Both the position numbers and the translations under genes were made by a program. From Barthelona sp. PAP020 (lineage: Eukaryota), in the NCBI GenBank assembly GCA_040182905.1, contig JARQWU010000047.1, forward strand, positions 1-49,006: a stretch of 49,006 nucleotides of DNA, written 5' to 3'. Below are positions 48,434 through 49,006 of this stretch, piece after piece (the first letter of the stretch is position 1; each line of letters starts with the position of its first letter). The notes under the pieces are model-generated. The model was not told where the DNA came from, made no database searches, and worked only from the letters and a program-made list of their open reading frames with translations.

Positions 48434-49006
48434 ATGGAACGTGAATACTCCAAAATATTGCATGTATTTGATGAAACATTACATCAATTAAATACTTTAT
48501 CTAGATTGAATGATCAAGTTTTTCAATCAACTGAATTAAAATCTTTATATCCTGAAATATATGATGAAATTTTAAGTTTTGTACGTACACAAAAAATATT
48601 TGATGAATTAGAAAATAATGGAGGTGATGTGCGTGAAATTCGTGATGTTGCTTATGAATTGAGAGCAAGAACAGCTTCTGTTTTAAGATTAATTCAAGTC
48701 AACACAAAATGTGAAACAATATTAGATTTAGTATCCCCAGAAATAAGCTTTGGAATTGAAAGTTTTCAAAATACGTTCAAAAATTTAAAAACTTTAATGA
48801 GTAAAAAATTTACAACTGAAAACGATGAAATAGAATTGTCAGATCAATCTTTAGAGCAACAAGAGAGAAATTTATCACAACAAGTAAAAAGTATAACAGA
48901 TATTATTAAAAAGGAACAAACAGCATTTGAAGATAAAAGAGTGAGACAAGAGGCATTAAAACAGAGTTTGAATAATGAAATTAAAGAGTTGACATTCAGA
49001 TTCCGA
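48434..49006 (+). CDS. dynein regulatory complex subunit 10 (DRC10/IQCD)-like, 3'-truncated by the window edge
   Basis: Absent from the ORF track because it has no stop. Manual translation of 191 open codons gives MEREYSKILHVFDETLHQLNTLS...ELRARTASVLRLIQVN...SFGIESFQNTFKNLKTLMSKKFTTE..., resembling recalled IQCD blocks (RIMSILDE; STKNVLRLL; NFIDSLIELRGFLFEKLLT). Confidence 0.7.
   Translation, partial: MEREYSKILHVFDETLHQLNTLSRLNDQVFQSTELKSLYPEIYDEILSFVRTQKIFDELENNGGDVREIRDVAYELRARTASVLRLIQVNTKCETILDLVSPEISFGIESFQNTFKNLKTLMSKKFTTENDEIELSDQSLEQQERNLSQQVKSITDIIKKEQTAFEDKRVRQEALKQSLNNEIKELTFRFR

Overview
AT-rich, gene-dense window from a eukaryotic microbe with no visible introns. It uses the standard genetic code (TAA, TAG and TGA all end long ORFs). 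It is probably a flagellated protist: a DRC10/IQCD-like gene runs off the right edge, and an anaerobic or metamonad-like identity is only a guess. It holds a tRNA-Gln(CTG) beside a small repeat cluster, 14 protein-coding genes (13 complete, 1 partial) and one pseudogene fragment. Genes include a WD40 + coiled-coil protein, an EPG5-like protein, ADAT3/Tad3, a 3472-aa Cys-rich multi-pass surface protein, two WD40 paralogs, a DEK1-like membrane pseudo-calpain, an ankyrin protein and several coiled-coil proteins. Main points of interest: (1) an intact bacterial-type luxS (AI-2 synthase / S-ribosylhomocysteine lyase) among eukaryotic genes, with an OpgC/MdoC-like acyltransferase-3 gene 4.7 kb away; (2) a WD40 family with divergent propellers and a near-identical C-terminal helical module, plus a decayed copy and a distant coiled-coil-fused member; (3) an ADAT3 that appears to have lost all three Zn ligands. 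All homology calls come from motifs recognised by eye; no database search was run.
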